From Flectonema sp. DT1601 (lineage: Eukaryota): 64,000 bases of DNA. A model generated the notes under the pieces. That model was not told where the DNA came from and made no database searches. It worked only from the letters and a program-made list of their open reading frames with translations. Position numbers and translations under genes: made by a program. This document shows positions 1-11,636 of this stretch, piece by piece. The stretch is from assembly GCA_964019425.1 (NCBI GenBank), contig OZ025783.1, positions 1,612,001-1,676,000 of the forward strand, written 5' to 3'. Numbering within the stretch: position 1 is the stretch's first letter; each line of letters begins with the position of its first letter.

Positions 1-1
1 T

Positions 2-1705
2 GCTACTCCTCCTCGTCCACGAAGACATTCTCATCGAGGTCAAGAAGATAAAATGATCGAATCTCACTACTCAGAAACAGATATTCGACACTCACCGTCT
101 CCCTTAACACATGCTTCCCTTCCAATAGCAACTGATGAGGATGCGCAGTGGTCTCGACTCTTTGAAATGAGAAATCGACTTCAGCAGTGGCTGCAGTGGA
201 AACCTCAACAACTTGCAGACAGAGGAGCGCAAGCAAAGAGAGCAGCTCTTGAAAGAGGAATTGAAGCAGTAGATCAGGCAACTGAGGAATGGAAATCATA
301 TCACGCTGGTGAACGCTCTGAACACGAGAAAATATGGGAAGAAGTAAAAACTGGTTTGGGTGCCACATCACCTCATGGGAATTCAACTTCTGAATCTCTT
401 CACAACGGATGGCAAAAACTTAAACAAGCGGAGGATGCTTTCACAACGACCCTCGAAAAACTGCGCCAACAATTCGGAGACACACACACCCTCGCAGCGT
501 CATTGCGGAATAAAATAGGCGAAGTATGTATTCGTACTAGTTGGATGAACTAAACCTCTTAGGGATATAAAATAACAAACAAAAAACAGTTTCGTCAGTT
601 TGTAGAAGACAGTACGGTCGCTTTAGATAGTGCAACAACAAAGGTATGCCATGTCACCCCCCCGCCTTGTTTACGAAGGTTGCACAAAAAAAAAAAAAAA
701 AATGGAAAAAAAAGTATAATATTATGAATAACCAAATAATCAAAAATCACGAACAGTATTCAGAAACAGTTGAGGATGCAGACCTATACAAAGCTGTTAT
801 AAAGTCAATTGGATTAGACAGATGGTGCAGATCAAGGCGTCACGTTGCATCATTAGAAAGTGCATGGCGACAACTACCATCTCTTGGGGATGATGGTGCT
901 CTTGTAAGCACAGAAGCAAAAGCTGTTAGTAATCAATGGATAGTTCTTGAGACTAGACTTGTTGGTGATAAGGTTCCTACTAATGAATTAGGTGGTCACA
1001 TTGATTTTGTTTGGTCGGTACTTGAATTAGCAAAGGCTGCGACCTCACAACATGTCGACCCAGAGCTGGCATTCTCTGCAGTTGAAGAGGTGATGGGATC
1101 GTTGTTACCTCCTCATCAAAAAATGGTTTGTTTTTTTGTTATTTTTTTCTCTTTCTGGTAGTTGAGGAGACTAATTCCCACCCGAATTTAACAACAAACA
1201 GATTCCCAAACTACGAGAGGTCGACTCTGATGATGATACGATACTAGCCCTGGAGACTTTATGTGATGAGATAACAAGATTCTACAGTCTAGCATTACAG
1301 CCAATGTTAGAACACGATGGTAAGATGGTACTACGACAGGATGATATATCAGAAACACTTAGTCGAGTTGTAAAACAAGAATTAAAACTGAAATCACATC
1401 ACGTTCCGAGACATCAATTAGACGTCAGTCAGCTTTGTGGAGCCTTAGCAAAGGTCGCAGCACAAGAATTTAGTTCGGCAGCGTCTTCTCCATCTGCTCA
1501 TCAGGTAGATTCGTATTTAGCGAAGTCTTTGACGAAGGGAGGATCAATTGTTGTTTTAAATACGTTTTATAATCACGTAGCTCAGAACCTTCTTCGGCAA
1601 AACTTTCATCGGCATCCTCAATCGCAGCAGTATTCTCTTCACACCCCCCGTACTAGCTTGGAATCTTTATTTACGTTCTTCAGATCGCGTGTAACGAAGC
1701 AATGA
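2..1705 (+). CDS. 5'-truncated coiled-coil-rich hypothetical protein, 4 exons (<2..523, 590..643, 757..1125, 1202..1705)
   Basis: Three phase-0 GT-AG introns (524-589, 644-756, 1126-1201) join ORFs 53..553, 646..1161 and 1304..1705 into one frame. The frame is open back to the window edge. Confidence 0.75.
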
Positions 1706-3106
1706 TTTTTGTAATTTGAAACATCAGTTTTCGCATCCTTCGGTCGAAACAAGAATACTTCATCAAACATCGGAAATACCAGTTTTTTATTTATTTTTTT
1801 CCCTTTTTATTTTTTTATTATCATCCAGACAATCTGAATGTAGTATTGTTCTCTTCGCAAATGAACAAAAAAAAAAAAAAAAAAAAAAAAAACGGAGAAC
1901 AAGGTTGTGCCTGTTATAAACAAAACAAGCTGCAATCAGTGAGATCTCATTGCTGCATATTCTTCCGTACTCGACAACACGTAGAATGTTGATAGTAGGC
2001 AATCTCAGTTATGCAGATTGTCGCACGTACGAGTTTAGTACTTTTTTTAATTTTAATTTTAGTTTTTTTTTTTTTTTTTTTGGAAGAAAAAGTGCGAAAA
2101 CACATCCTTGATCCCCCCTCATTCCACTGTAATGTATTAACCCCCCTCATTACCCACTCAACTTCTTAAGGTACTTAAAGGTTTTCGACTTACATGACCA
2201 GGATATTATCTGTAAAGTCTTTTTTTTATTTTATTTCGAAAATCTCAGATTGCTGTTTCGGAGGGTAAAAACATTTAACTTTATACAGACGGCACCCCAC
2301 AAATTTCAAAATTTAATTTTTTTTTTCCTTCTTTTTTTTCTGTTACTTCTCTTTGAAACTAGCACATCCTTGCCCCTTAAGCAGAAATGTTGTGAATTTG
2401 TGTTATTCCTCATTTTACATCCGAACAGTTTTCTGGGTAGATTTTCAACCAACATACGAAATATTCGTCGACTTTTTTTTGTTTTCCTCTATTCTTATTT
2501 TAACTAAATACTAAATAATCTTAAACTCCTTGATGACTGTAAATCTCAAAGGAATTAGTTGTGTTGGCGACCTTCGCTCCTGACGACACTGGTATGAGTG
2601 AAGGGAGATTAAGAAAGCCCCCAGTCGAGTACACCAGAACAGTGCGTATCCCGCACTCAATGCAGAGCTTTTTAGTTTATTGTTTTGCTGCCCTTATCTT
2701 GAGGTAACTAAATGTGGAAAAAAAAAAAAAAGAAAGTTTTAAAAATCGGGTTATTACAAGCCTGTTACGTTAAAAAAAAAAAGTAGAGCGACTACTTTGG
2801 ACAGAAGGGGGGACCATAGAACCGCTGCGTCAGAGTGGCCAGTTTTTCGCCGTTTCCCCCGCGGTCTGATGATTTTAGTTGTTATCTAACAATACAATTT
2901 TTGTTGTGAAATCAGACCCAGTAGGTGACCTACCTTACCGACAAAAACAGTTTCTAAAATATATTTCCATTTTTGCCTCCTACTTACTATCCTTAACATT
3001 CCATTATAAAACAGGTAAATAATAACATCCACGGCCAATGATTTACGCAAACTCCAAATCCGTTGCTTTTATATAAATTTCTGTTTTCTCAGGAAAGACA
3101 CACTAA

Positions 3107-4396
3107 ATGGGAACACCCAGAGCAAGTGACATTCCATTGGATGCGTTGCCATTTGGTAGAATGGTCAGCGGGATTTCAGAGGCTGCGTCTGCAGCATCAC
3201 AAGAAGGAGACGTTGCATCGTTAAATGACTCTTTTGAAGCTGGTGTTATGGGCGTCTCAATAAGGTTCCCTTCAACATGTAGTAAGAAAGGCGTCACATT
3301 CGATTCTGCGACTAGCCCAACTTCTGCGACAAACCCAACTTCTGGTTGTCTGACAGTTAACAGACTTTCAAGAAAACTCTCAAGGCAACAATCAATTCTA
3401 AGAGTCCCTTCTTGTGTTGGATTAGGAGGTAAGTTTATGGAAGACTTAAAGAGAAGTGCTTCAAGTAAAGCTATTAACGTATTACAAAGAAAGAGTTCTA
3501 GAATGATGTTAGCAAAGACCTCCGTAGACTACGAACGTGAAATTGAAGAACTCGAATCACAATTAGAAGACGCAAGTGATCAATTATTAAAAGCCTGTGA
3601 AGTAGGACAAGGATTAGTTCAGGAGTTGGAACAGACCAGAACTGAATTATCTCAAGTTGAGGAATCAGAAATGCAATACTACGATAAGATGATTGAGTTT
3701 GAAGATGCCTACAACAAGTTACAAGAAATCTACAAAAGAACTCAATCGGAAGTCATCGCTTTGAAGGTTTCCAACGTTTCTGCAACAGAAGAAGTGAATT
3801 CATTAAAATCAGATGTTCTCAGACAAGCATCATTCAACAGACGTAAAGAAGAGGAATCATTAATCGATCGAATTGAGAACGAGAAATGGATATCCGCAAA
3901 CCTCGTTAGTAACAACACAGCTAATGAACTTCAGTCAACGCAATCAGTATGTGAACAGGAAGAACACTGTGAGAGGAATAGCGTGATGGAGACTTACTTC
4001 AACATACTTGTGGATACTTTTCAAGACATGCACTCTTCTGTAAGTTCTCTCTACAATACTTCACACAAACTGTCAGTTTCACAATTCTCTAACATGACAA
4101 CTCTTAGAGAAGGACACGTTATGCAAGCTGCTCGTATTGAGGCTCTCGAATCTTCTGCAAAGTCGCGTAAGATAGAAATTGAGAAGCTTCGTGGATCTCT
4201 TTGTTCTACTGAAGCTACAGCCGAGACGACGACTAAAGAACACGATCAGAGTACTAAGAAATACAGTAATATGATTAAGAACGCATCAAGGCTTGTTTCA
4301 GAGCTTCGTGAGGTTTGTTCTGTAACAAAAACTGCACTCAATGAGAGTACGAGAAGCTCACCGGGTTCCCCAAGTGGATCAGCTTTTTCTTCATAA
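3107..4396 (+). CDS. Coiled-coil protein with CC1-box-like motif (LLKACEVGQGLV)
   Basis: 429-aa ORF with a pyrimidine-rich AG at 3092 just upstream; long heptad region after a Ser-rich N-terminus. Confidence 0.75.
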   Translation: MGTPRASDIPLDALPFGRMVSGISEAASAASQEGDVASLNDSFEAGVMGVSIRFPSTCSKKGVTFDSATSPTSATNPTSGCLTVNRLSRKLSRQQSILRVPSCVGLGGKFMEDLKRSASSKAINVLQRKSSRMMLAKTSVDYEREIEELESQLEDASDQLLKACEVGQGLVQELEQTRTELSQVEESEMQYYDKMIEFEDAYNKLQEIYKRTQSEVIALKVSNVSATEEVNSLKSDVLRQASFNRRKEEESLIDRIENEKWISANLVSNNTANELQSTQSVCEQEEHCERNSVMETYFNILVDTFQDMHSSVSSLYNTSHKLSVSQFSNMTTLREGHVMQAARIEALESSAKSRKIEIEKLRGSLCSTEATAETTTKEHDQSTKKYSNMIKNASRLVSELREVCSVTKTALNESTRSSPGSPSGSAFSS

Positions 4397-5899
4397 CATA
4401 CGATAGCTGTACGCTTGTTAGAATTCACTTCTTCTGCAATAAGAAGGATAAAAATGTTATTTTATAAACTGAAACAAACCTTTTTTTATGTGAAATCCTT
4501 CCACTCTTTTTCTTTTTTTTTTCACTACTTTCGGTTAATGTGTTCAATTTATTGATTTCTTTTCTTGTTCTTCAAAAATTCTCTTTTTTGTTTTTTTTTC
4601 ATTTGCTCTCTTTAAACTTTGGGGAGGCTATTATTTTGTGCTCTGCCTAATTTGTGACTAGTTGGTAATGAAAAAAAAAAAAAAAAAAAAAAAAGTGCAA
4701 TGCCTATTGCAAGAAACTCCTCTTTGCGGAACTAAATCCACCGACTGCTGCTATGTTGGGAGAGTACTTTTTGTAGCTTTCTGTTAGCGTGTTGTACAAT
4801 TGTTTTTCACACTTTTTTTTTCTTCTTCTTTTTTTCTTTTCTTTTTAATTATATAACTTGCAATGCTGTGGCACAACAAGTAAGACTGGTCTGCGTCGTT
4901 AGGAAACCCGACACTGTGGGGTTTCAGTAATTCGAACACTCTGTCTGATTGTTGCATTTTCCTTCTTTGCAAAGAGCAAAAGAGAGAATGAAAAAAAAGA
5001 AGAAGAAGAAAAAATTCCTTCGGTATTGAGTTACTGTTTTGTTTATAATTATGAATCTATTTCTTTTTTAATTTTTTTTATTGTATTTTATTTCGAAACA
5101 ATAAAAATCCAGGCAGCAACATCCTTTGTCACAAAAAGCTTTATGTCAGATTTGCATGTGAATTTAGGTATCTGTTGCTCACTGTGCAGACTGTTGGCGT
5201 ATTTCTCAATGGTAAGTTTTCATGCAAATTTCATTCACAAACTGCCATCTTTTCATCTTTTGGGCGTTCGCTTTCTGCACTCTATTTTTTTTCCCTTTTC
5301 CCTTTTTTTTTCCCCGATTTTTTTGTATAAAATAAAATAAAAATACAAAAGCCATCAGTTTATTGCACGTAGTTTGCGTAAGATTTACGATATTGCCAAT
5401 ATCTTAAAAACTCAAAAGAATATGTTCTTTTTTGAGTAGTAACCACTTCTTTTGTGTAACATTTTCTTTTCTTCAACACTAAGAGTTGAGAAACTGCCCA
5501 CTGCTGTGAACCTGAACAGGTTTAAGGTTAGGGCAAGCAAAAGAGATTGCCTTCATAAGGAATTGCAAATTTCTTTTCTCAAAAAACCCCGTACTGGTTA
5601 GTTCATTTTCATGTTTTTTTGAAAACAAAAAAAATATAAAAAAAAACCATCAATCACAGAAACCTCTTTTTGTCTTGGTTTCCTATCGCACTCGAAAACA
5701 AGGTGCGCACGAGTTTTTTTTTATTCTGTTTTTTCTTTCTGTTAAGTTTCTTTTTTTTTTTTACCCCTTTTTCTTTGTTCTCCATAATTTATTGATCTTA
5801 TGATACATTAATAGTGATATCAATCAGTTTTATTTATTTAATCATTTCAGTTGTTGTTGAAGCAGCCTGCTACCTATTTACCTCCTCCCCATTTAGTGG

Positions 5900-6790
5900 T
5901 TGAGATAAGAGTTAATTCATAAGTTCGTTGATCACAAATTGTGCACCTTCCTGTATTGAGTACGTTGTGTGTATGCTGAAGGAGTGTCGTTAGCATCTGT
6001 TTTTCATCATCTCTACTCTCGGAAGTTGGTGATCCACTCTTCGCTATCGTTATCTAACAATGATTCGATCATTTCTTCTTGTATTTCGATTTTCCATTCA
6101 CTTCGGGTCTCCCTTAGCACTTGGGAAGATTTGATTGCAATCGACTGCATGACTTCTGAATAAGAAATATAAATAATTTCCTTCTGTCCAGCTTTGCCAT
6201 TTATGGCTTAAGGTATTTGATCAGTATAAAGTCAAAGCCTTTCTATCTTCTAGGCTTTTACGTTGCTAACATAGCAGGTCTTGATAGTTGTTTATTCTTG
6301 GGTAAGCTATCGTCTCTTCAGTGAGTTCCTCGCGGTTGATTGACACTGATTAAAATAGCATTTTCTGGAATTATCAATTTTTCTTGACGTGTCAAACTAA
6401 CACTGCCGCTACTACAACAACTACTCTTCCTTGCTTTTGTTCAATTAGTGTTTGTGCGCTGAATTGATTGGAACTCTCTCCACGAAAGTTGATCCTCTTT
6501 ATGATTCCTGTCCTGTCTATCGTTTGTATTGTTTTGGTGCGTGTTTCAGGTAGATTTCATATTTCAAACAAATCTTCTTGACTGATATTCGTGTGAAGGT
6601 AACTGACTGCAGTACTGTCAGAGTTTCTCGAATCGAATAATATTATCGTCGGATGAAGCTGTTGCATTCCAATAACCTAAATCGGTTCTTGAGAAGTGTT
6701 CCGCATCAGCTCAGATTCCGTGAAAATGTTTTGCCGTCAGTTTAATGTTTAATCTACACTTGAATCTGTTGTCTTATTCGTATCTCTAAA
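5900..6790 (-). pseudogene. Possible decayed non-LTR retroelement remnant (RNase H-like and CxxC-like fragments)
   Basis: Coding-like composition lacking the usual homopolymer runs. Broken minus-strand frames give IKH*TDGKTFS...EIYLKHAP and LLQHTHNVLNTGRCTICDQ, with many stops and frameshifts. Confidence 0.3.
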
Positions 6791-6841
6791 GTTATAGTCT
6801 GTTTTATTAATCTGTTTTTTTTTTTTCCTTTATTCCCTTAT

Positions 6842-6921
6842 CCTCCACCCGAGTGTTATCCACAGGCCGAAAGGCCTTCGCTGATCGATACTCAGATCAA
6901 AAAAATCGATAGTGGTGGAGG
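6842..6921. other. Nested stem-loop element
   Basis: cctccacc/ggtggagg 8-bp closing stem, gagtgtt/gatactc inner stem, aggcc-GAAA-ggcct hairpin. Confidence 0.45.
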
Positions 6922-7660
6922 TCATGGAGAGTTCTTTGTTTTTTTAATTTATAGTTGTTTTAGTATCTTACGTTTACCTTTGAAGGATAAACGAAGATGC
7001 AAAAAAAAAAAATATGCAGAAAAACCTCCAAGAAATTATAACATAGACACAATACAGTTGTTTTTTTTCCTCCAACTAATTCAGTCCCCTGGGGTCTCGA
7101 ATGTATTTCGGTTTTATATTCTGATTAACAACACGTGAGTGCAACCCCTACGAATTGTATCGTGTACAGTAACGGCTAGTTCTATCCCATTTGTGTGGTG
7201 GAAAAGAAGCAAACTGCTTCAATTATACATTACGAAATTTATGTTTCGTCCGTAGTCCGCTATACGCTGATACCAGCAGAGGGTCGTGGCGTGATGTTCT
7301 CAGTGATCATAATTTCTCGGAGTACTTTTTTTTTAAATTTTTTATTTTGTTGCTTCTTTTTTTTGGGCAGCTATTCTAGCAATCTCAGTTAGTCGAATGA
7401 CTTGTACCAAGTTGCTTAGTAAACCTGGAGACGTCATTCATACAGTATTAGTATTACATTCATTCTGATAACAATTTATCGGAAATAATAAACAAGAATA
7501 TGCTGTGGAGTGTTGAAGTTCCCTTTTATCAGTTTCTATTACATGATTCGTTACTCTTGTGACTTGCACGAGGTGACTTCGTTGTTATGTTTGATTGAAT
7601 TACTTTATTATTCTTCCTCTCTTAGCCTTGTTTGTATTCCTTCTTCAACAACTCACAACA

Positions 7661-7993
7661 ATGTCTGTCTACTCGTACCTTCCATCGACCTACGCTCTTC
7701 CATCGACGTACATCTACCCGTACTCCAGCACCACTGAGTACCTGAGCAGTGTGTACGATGCTGACTACAGAGCACGTGTTGCCAACGCTGAGGTTGCCGC
7801 CGCCAACGCCGCTGCCGATGCTTCGATCAGACGTGCTCGTGCTGAGACCGAATTGACGATCTCCAGACTCAACACTGAGGCTTCGATTAGACGTGCCCGT
7901 GTTGCTGCTGACGCGTACTACACTGGACCGCGTTACGCATCCACCTACTACTACGATGCTCTTGCGGGAAGCCCAAGAAGAGTCATCTACTAA
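7661..7993 (+). CDS. 110-aa Tyr/Ser/Ala/Arg-rich multicopy protein, copy 1
   Basis: ATG at 7661 (MSVYSYLPSTY...GSPRRVIY); strong codon bias; AG acceptor about 35 nt upstream. Confidence 0.85.
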   Translation: MSVYSYLPSTYALPSTYIYPYSSTTEYLSSVYDADYRARVANAEVAAANAAADASIRRARAETELTISRLNTEASIRRARVAADAYYTGPRYASTYYYDALAGSPRRVIY

Positions 7994-8294
7994 ATTAGCA
8001 ACACGAAAAATATAAAAAAAAAGAAATTATTTCTATGACGCCTTCCCATATGAGCGTCTGCTTTGTTTGTATCTCTCTCCCATTTTGGAAACAGTGCAGT
8101 TCGCTGTTTTCAAGTTACTTGTTACTCCCTCGACACTTGAAGTACCCCTTCAGGTTGTTAGTTATCTGTTCCTGATTGATATATAAATGACGGGATGGTT
8201 TAGTTATTTGAGTTTGAAATGATATTCTAAAATTCGTATTTAAATATTCATTTCTTCAGCCTTGTTTGTATTCCTTCTTCAACAACTCACAACA

Positions 8295-8627
8295 ATGTCT
8301 GTCTACTCGTACCTTCCATCGACCTACGCTCTTCCATCGACGTACATCTACCCGTACTCCAGCACCACTGAGTACCTGAGCAATGTGTACGATGCTGACT
8401 ACAGAGCACGTGTTGCCAACGCTGAGGTTGCCGCCGCCAACGCCGCTGCCAGTGCTTCGATCAGACGTGCTCGTGCTGAGACCGAATTGACGATCTCCAG
8501 ACTCAACACTGAGGCTTCGATTAGACGTGCCCGTGTTGCTGCTGACGCGTACTACACTGGACCGCGTTACGCATCCACCTACTACTACGATGCTCTTGCG
8601 GGAAGCCCAAGAAGAGTCATCTACTAA
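8295..8627 (+). CDS. 110-aa multicopy protein, copy 2
   Basis: Near-identical to copy 1. Confidence 0.85.
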   Translation: MSVYSYLPSTYALPSTYIYPYSSTTEYLSNVYDADYRARVANAEVAAANAAASASIRRARAETELTISRLNTEASIRRARVAADAYYTGPRYASTYYYDALAGSPRRVIY

Positions 8628-8928
8628 ATTAGTAACACGAAGAATATAAAAAAAAAGAAATTATTTCTATGACGCCTTCCCATATGAGCGTCTGCTTTGT
8701 TTGTATCTCTCTCCCATTTTGGAAACAGTGCAGTTAGCTGTTTTTAAGTTACTTGTTACTCCCTCGACACTTGAAGTACCCCTTCAGGTTGTTAGTTATC
8801 TGTTCCTGATTGATATATAAATGACGGGATGGTTTAGTTATTTGAGTTTGAAATGATGTTCCAAACTTCGTATTTAAATATTCATTTCTTCAGCCTTGTT
8901 TGTATTCCTTCTTCAACAACTCACAACA

Positions 8929-9261
8929 ATGTCTGTCTACTCGTACCTTCCATCGACCTACGCTCTTCCATCGACGTACATCTACCCGTACTCCAGCACC
9001 ACTGAGTACCTGAGCAGTGTGTACGATGCTGACTACAGAGCACGTGTTGCCAACGCTGAGGTTGCTGCCGCCAACGCCGCTGCCAGTGCTTCGATCAGAC
9101 GTGCTCGTGCTGAGACCGAATTGACGATCTCCAGACTCAACACTGAGGCTTCGATTAGACGTGCCCGTGTTGCTGCTGACGCGTACTACACTGGACCGCG
9201 TTACGCATCCACCTACTACTACGATGCTCTTGCGGGAAGCCCAAGAAGAGTCATCTACTAA
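8929..9261 (+). CDS. 110-aa multicopy protein, copy 3
   Basis: Near-identical to copy 1. Confidence 0.85.
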   Translation: MSVYSYLPSTYALPSTYIYPYSSTTEYLSSVYDADYRARVANAEVAAANAAASASIRRARAETELTISRLNTEASIRRARVAADAYYTGPRYASTYYYDALAGSPRRVIY

Positions 9262-9689
9262 ATTAGCAACACGAAAAATATAAAAAAAAAGAAATTATTT
9301 CTATGACGCCTTCCCATATGAGCGTCTGCTTTGTTTGTATCTCTCTCCCATTTTGGAAACAGTGCAGTTCGCTGTTTTTAAGTTACTTGTTACTCCCTCG
9401 ACACTTGAAGTACCCCTTCAGGTTGTTAGTTATCTGTTCCTGATTGATATATAAATGACGGGACAGAGTGGCTGCTTAAGTTAAACATTTTTTAAATATA
9501 ATTTATAATTTAAAACAGACATCATTATATAATTGATTATTTAAAAACTAGCAGGTGAGCTCCTGGCAAATACAATTGCCGCGTAGAATATATTTTTAAA
9601 GTAAAGAACGAATTTCATATCATTTTTATGTTCTGAAGAGAATATGTCAGTGAAAAGCCGTTAAGCTTGTTTTCGTGCAGAAGAAATCA

Positions 9690-10154
9690 ATGCGAAATGA
9701 AGTAAAAAGTGAATTCACAGACCTTGTAGGTAGAGCTCTCTGTTCTCTGGAGTCACATTCTGACATAGGAACTGCAGTAAATAATAATTATTCAAAGCAC
9801 GGATTGCCTGACATATCAAATAGCAATCGATATGTCTCTGAATGTGAATTATTTGGTATGAAAAGGATCATCGGTCCTACTGAAAGAGTTGACCAGCTTC
9901 GTAAAAAAGCAGCCCAACATCGACTACTACAGTTACGAGCTTTACGAGAAAGTTACTTTTTCTCAGATGAATGGCAACCTCCCCTGGCGCCATTTAGTTC
10001 TGGTATTGTATCGTGTGGTCATACTTCGTATGAGTTACCAGTAAAACAGAAAGTAAAGATTAGTACTCGTCCTGCTTCATTGAAGGCTGGCTGGAGACCT
10101 AATTGGTCGAGTAGCAAGGCTAAGTCCTGGATGAGAAAACATAGGGAGCTGTGA
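9690..10154 (+). CDS. Hypothetical protein (154 aa) between array clusters
   Basis: ATG at 9690 just after pyrimidine-rich acceptor ttgttttcgtgcag (9680); protein-like composition. Confidence 0.55.
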   Translation: MRNEVKSEFTDLVGRALCSLESHSDIGTAVNNNYSKHGLPDISNSNRYVSECELFGMKRIIGPTERVDQLRKKAAQHRLLQLRALRESYFFSDEWQPPLAPFSSGIVSCGHTSYELPVKQKVKISTRPASLKAGWRPNWSSSKAKSWMRKHREL

Positions 10155-10327
10155 AAATAGAATAGCTAAAATGCTTAACATTTTTTACACCGATTAGTTT
10201 GTCGGTCAATTCTTACGAGTTGTCTGTTGTTATGGTTTGATTGCAATAATGCAAAAAGTGTTGTTGTTATTTATCTTTTTTCTTTCCTTCAGCCTTGTTT
10301 GTATTCCTTCTTCAACAACTCACAACA

Positions 10328-10660
10328 ATGTCTGTCTACTCGTACCTTCCATCGACCTACGCTCTTCCATCGACGTACATCTACCCGTACTCCAGCACCA
10401 CTGAGTACCTGAGCAGTGTGTACGATGCTGACTACAGAGCACGTGTTGCCAACGCTGAGGTTGCCGCCGCCAACGCAGCTGCCAGTGCTTCGATCAGACG
10501 TGCTCGTGCTGAGACCGAATTGACGATCTCCAGACTCAACACTGAGGCTTCGATTAGACGTGCCCGTGTTGCTGCTGACGCGTACTACACTGGACCGCGT
10601 TACGCATCCACCTACTACTACGATGCTCTTGCGGGAAGTCCAAGAAGAGTTATCTACTAA
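10328..10660 (+). CDS. 110-aa multicopy protein, copy 4 (cluster B)
   Basis: Near-identical to copy 1; 634 bp from copy 5. Confidence 0.85.
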   Translation: MSVYSYLPSTYALPSTYIYPYSSTTEYLSSVYDADYRARVANAEVAAANAAASASIRRARAETELTISRLNTEASIRRARVAADAYYTGPRYASTYYYDALAGSPRRVIY

Positions 10661-10961
10661 ATTAGCAACACGAAGAATATAAAAAAAAAGAAATTATTTC
10701 TATGACGCCTTCCCATATGAGCGTCTGCTTTGTTTGTATCTCTCTCCCATTTTGTAAACAGTGCAGTTCGCTGTTTTTAAGTTACTTGTTACTCCCTCGA
10801 CACTTGAAGTACCCCTTCAGGTTGTTAGTTATCTGTTCCTGATTGATATATAAATGACGGGATGGTTTAGTTATTTGAGTTTGAAATGATGTTCTAAAAT
10901 TCGTATTTAAATATTCATTTCTTCAGCCTTGTTTGTATTCCTTCTTCAACAACTCACAACA

Positions 10962-11294
10962 ATGTCTGTCTACTCGTACCTTCCATCGACCTACGCTCTT
11001 CCATCGACGTACATCTACCCGTACTCCAGCACCACTGAGTACCTGAGCAATGTGTACGATGCTGACTACAGAGCACGTGTTGCCAACGCTGAGGTTGCCG
11101 CCGCCAACGCCGCTGCCGATGCTTCGATCAGACGTGCTCGTGCTGAGACCGAATTGACGATCTCCAGACTCAACACTGAGGCTTCGATTAGACGTGCCCG
11201 TGTTGCTGCTGACGCGTACTACACTGGACCGCGTTACGCATCCACCTACTACTACGATGCTCTTGCGGGAAGCCCAAGAAGAGTCATCTACTAG
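10962..11294 (+). CDS. 110-aa multicopy protein, copy 5 (cluster B), unique 3' UTR
   Basis: Near-identical CDS ending in TAG; sequence diverges immediately after the stop. Confidence 0.85.
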   Translation: MSVYSYLPSTYALPSTYIYPYSSTTEYLSNVYDADYRARVANAEVAAANAAADASIRRARAETELTISRLNTEASIRRARVAADAYYTGPRYASTYYYDALAGSPRRVIY

Positions 11295-11636
11295 AATCGT
11301 AGTTAGGTCTTCCAGAGTGAGATTTTTAAGATAAAAAATTTAAAAAAAAGGACAATTCCATGACTTTCATGCGACCTTGACAAAAAAAAAAAAAAAAAAA
11401 AAAACTATACATGGTGACGATTATAACACCAAATATTTGTTTGTACCCCTCCAATCCCTAACAGTTTGTTTACTGTTTTTTCTTTGTTTTATTTATTTTT
11501 TTCGAGTACTCTTTTTTTTCCTTCCTCTCCCCTGATTGGATTTGTTATTACTGTCAGGAATAGCAATTTGAATTTAAAGAGATCACCCATAGCTTAATAA
11601 AACCCCCCCACGTTATTTCACAGCAATCACACAAAT

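Larger units (their letters stand above)
7626..9463 (+). repeat. Tandem array cluster A: about 2.9 units of 634 bp
   Basis: ATGs at 7661, 8295, 8929 (exact 634-bp spacing); near-identical spacers; homology ends near 9463. Confidence 0.95.

Noticed and set aside
2530..2584. C/D box snoRNA (TGATGA ... CTGA)
   Set aside because: Short, no terminal stem and no recognisable rRNA guide; such boxes occur by chance.
6860..6900. Hammerhead ribozyme suggested by GGCC-GAAA-GGCC
   Set aside because: The CUGANGA and GAAA core elements are not in the required order around the stem.
8155..8180. U2 snRNA-like gttagttatctgttc in the array spacer
   Set aside because: Only a short partial match without flanking U2 sequence or structure.
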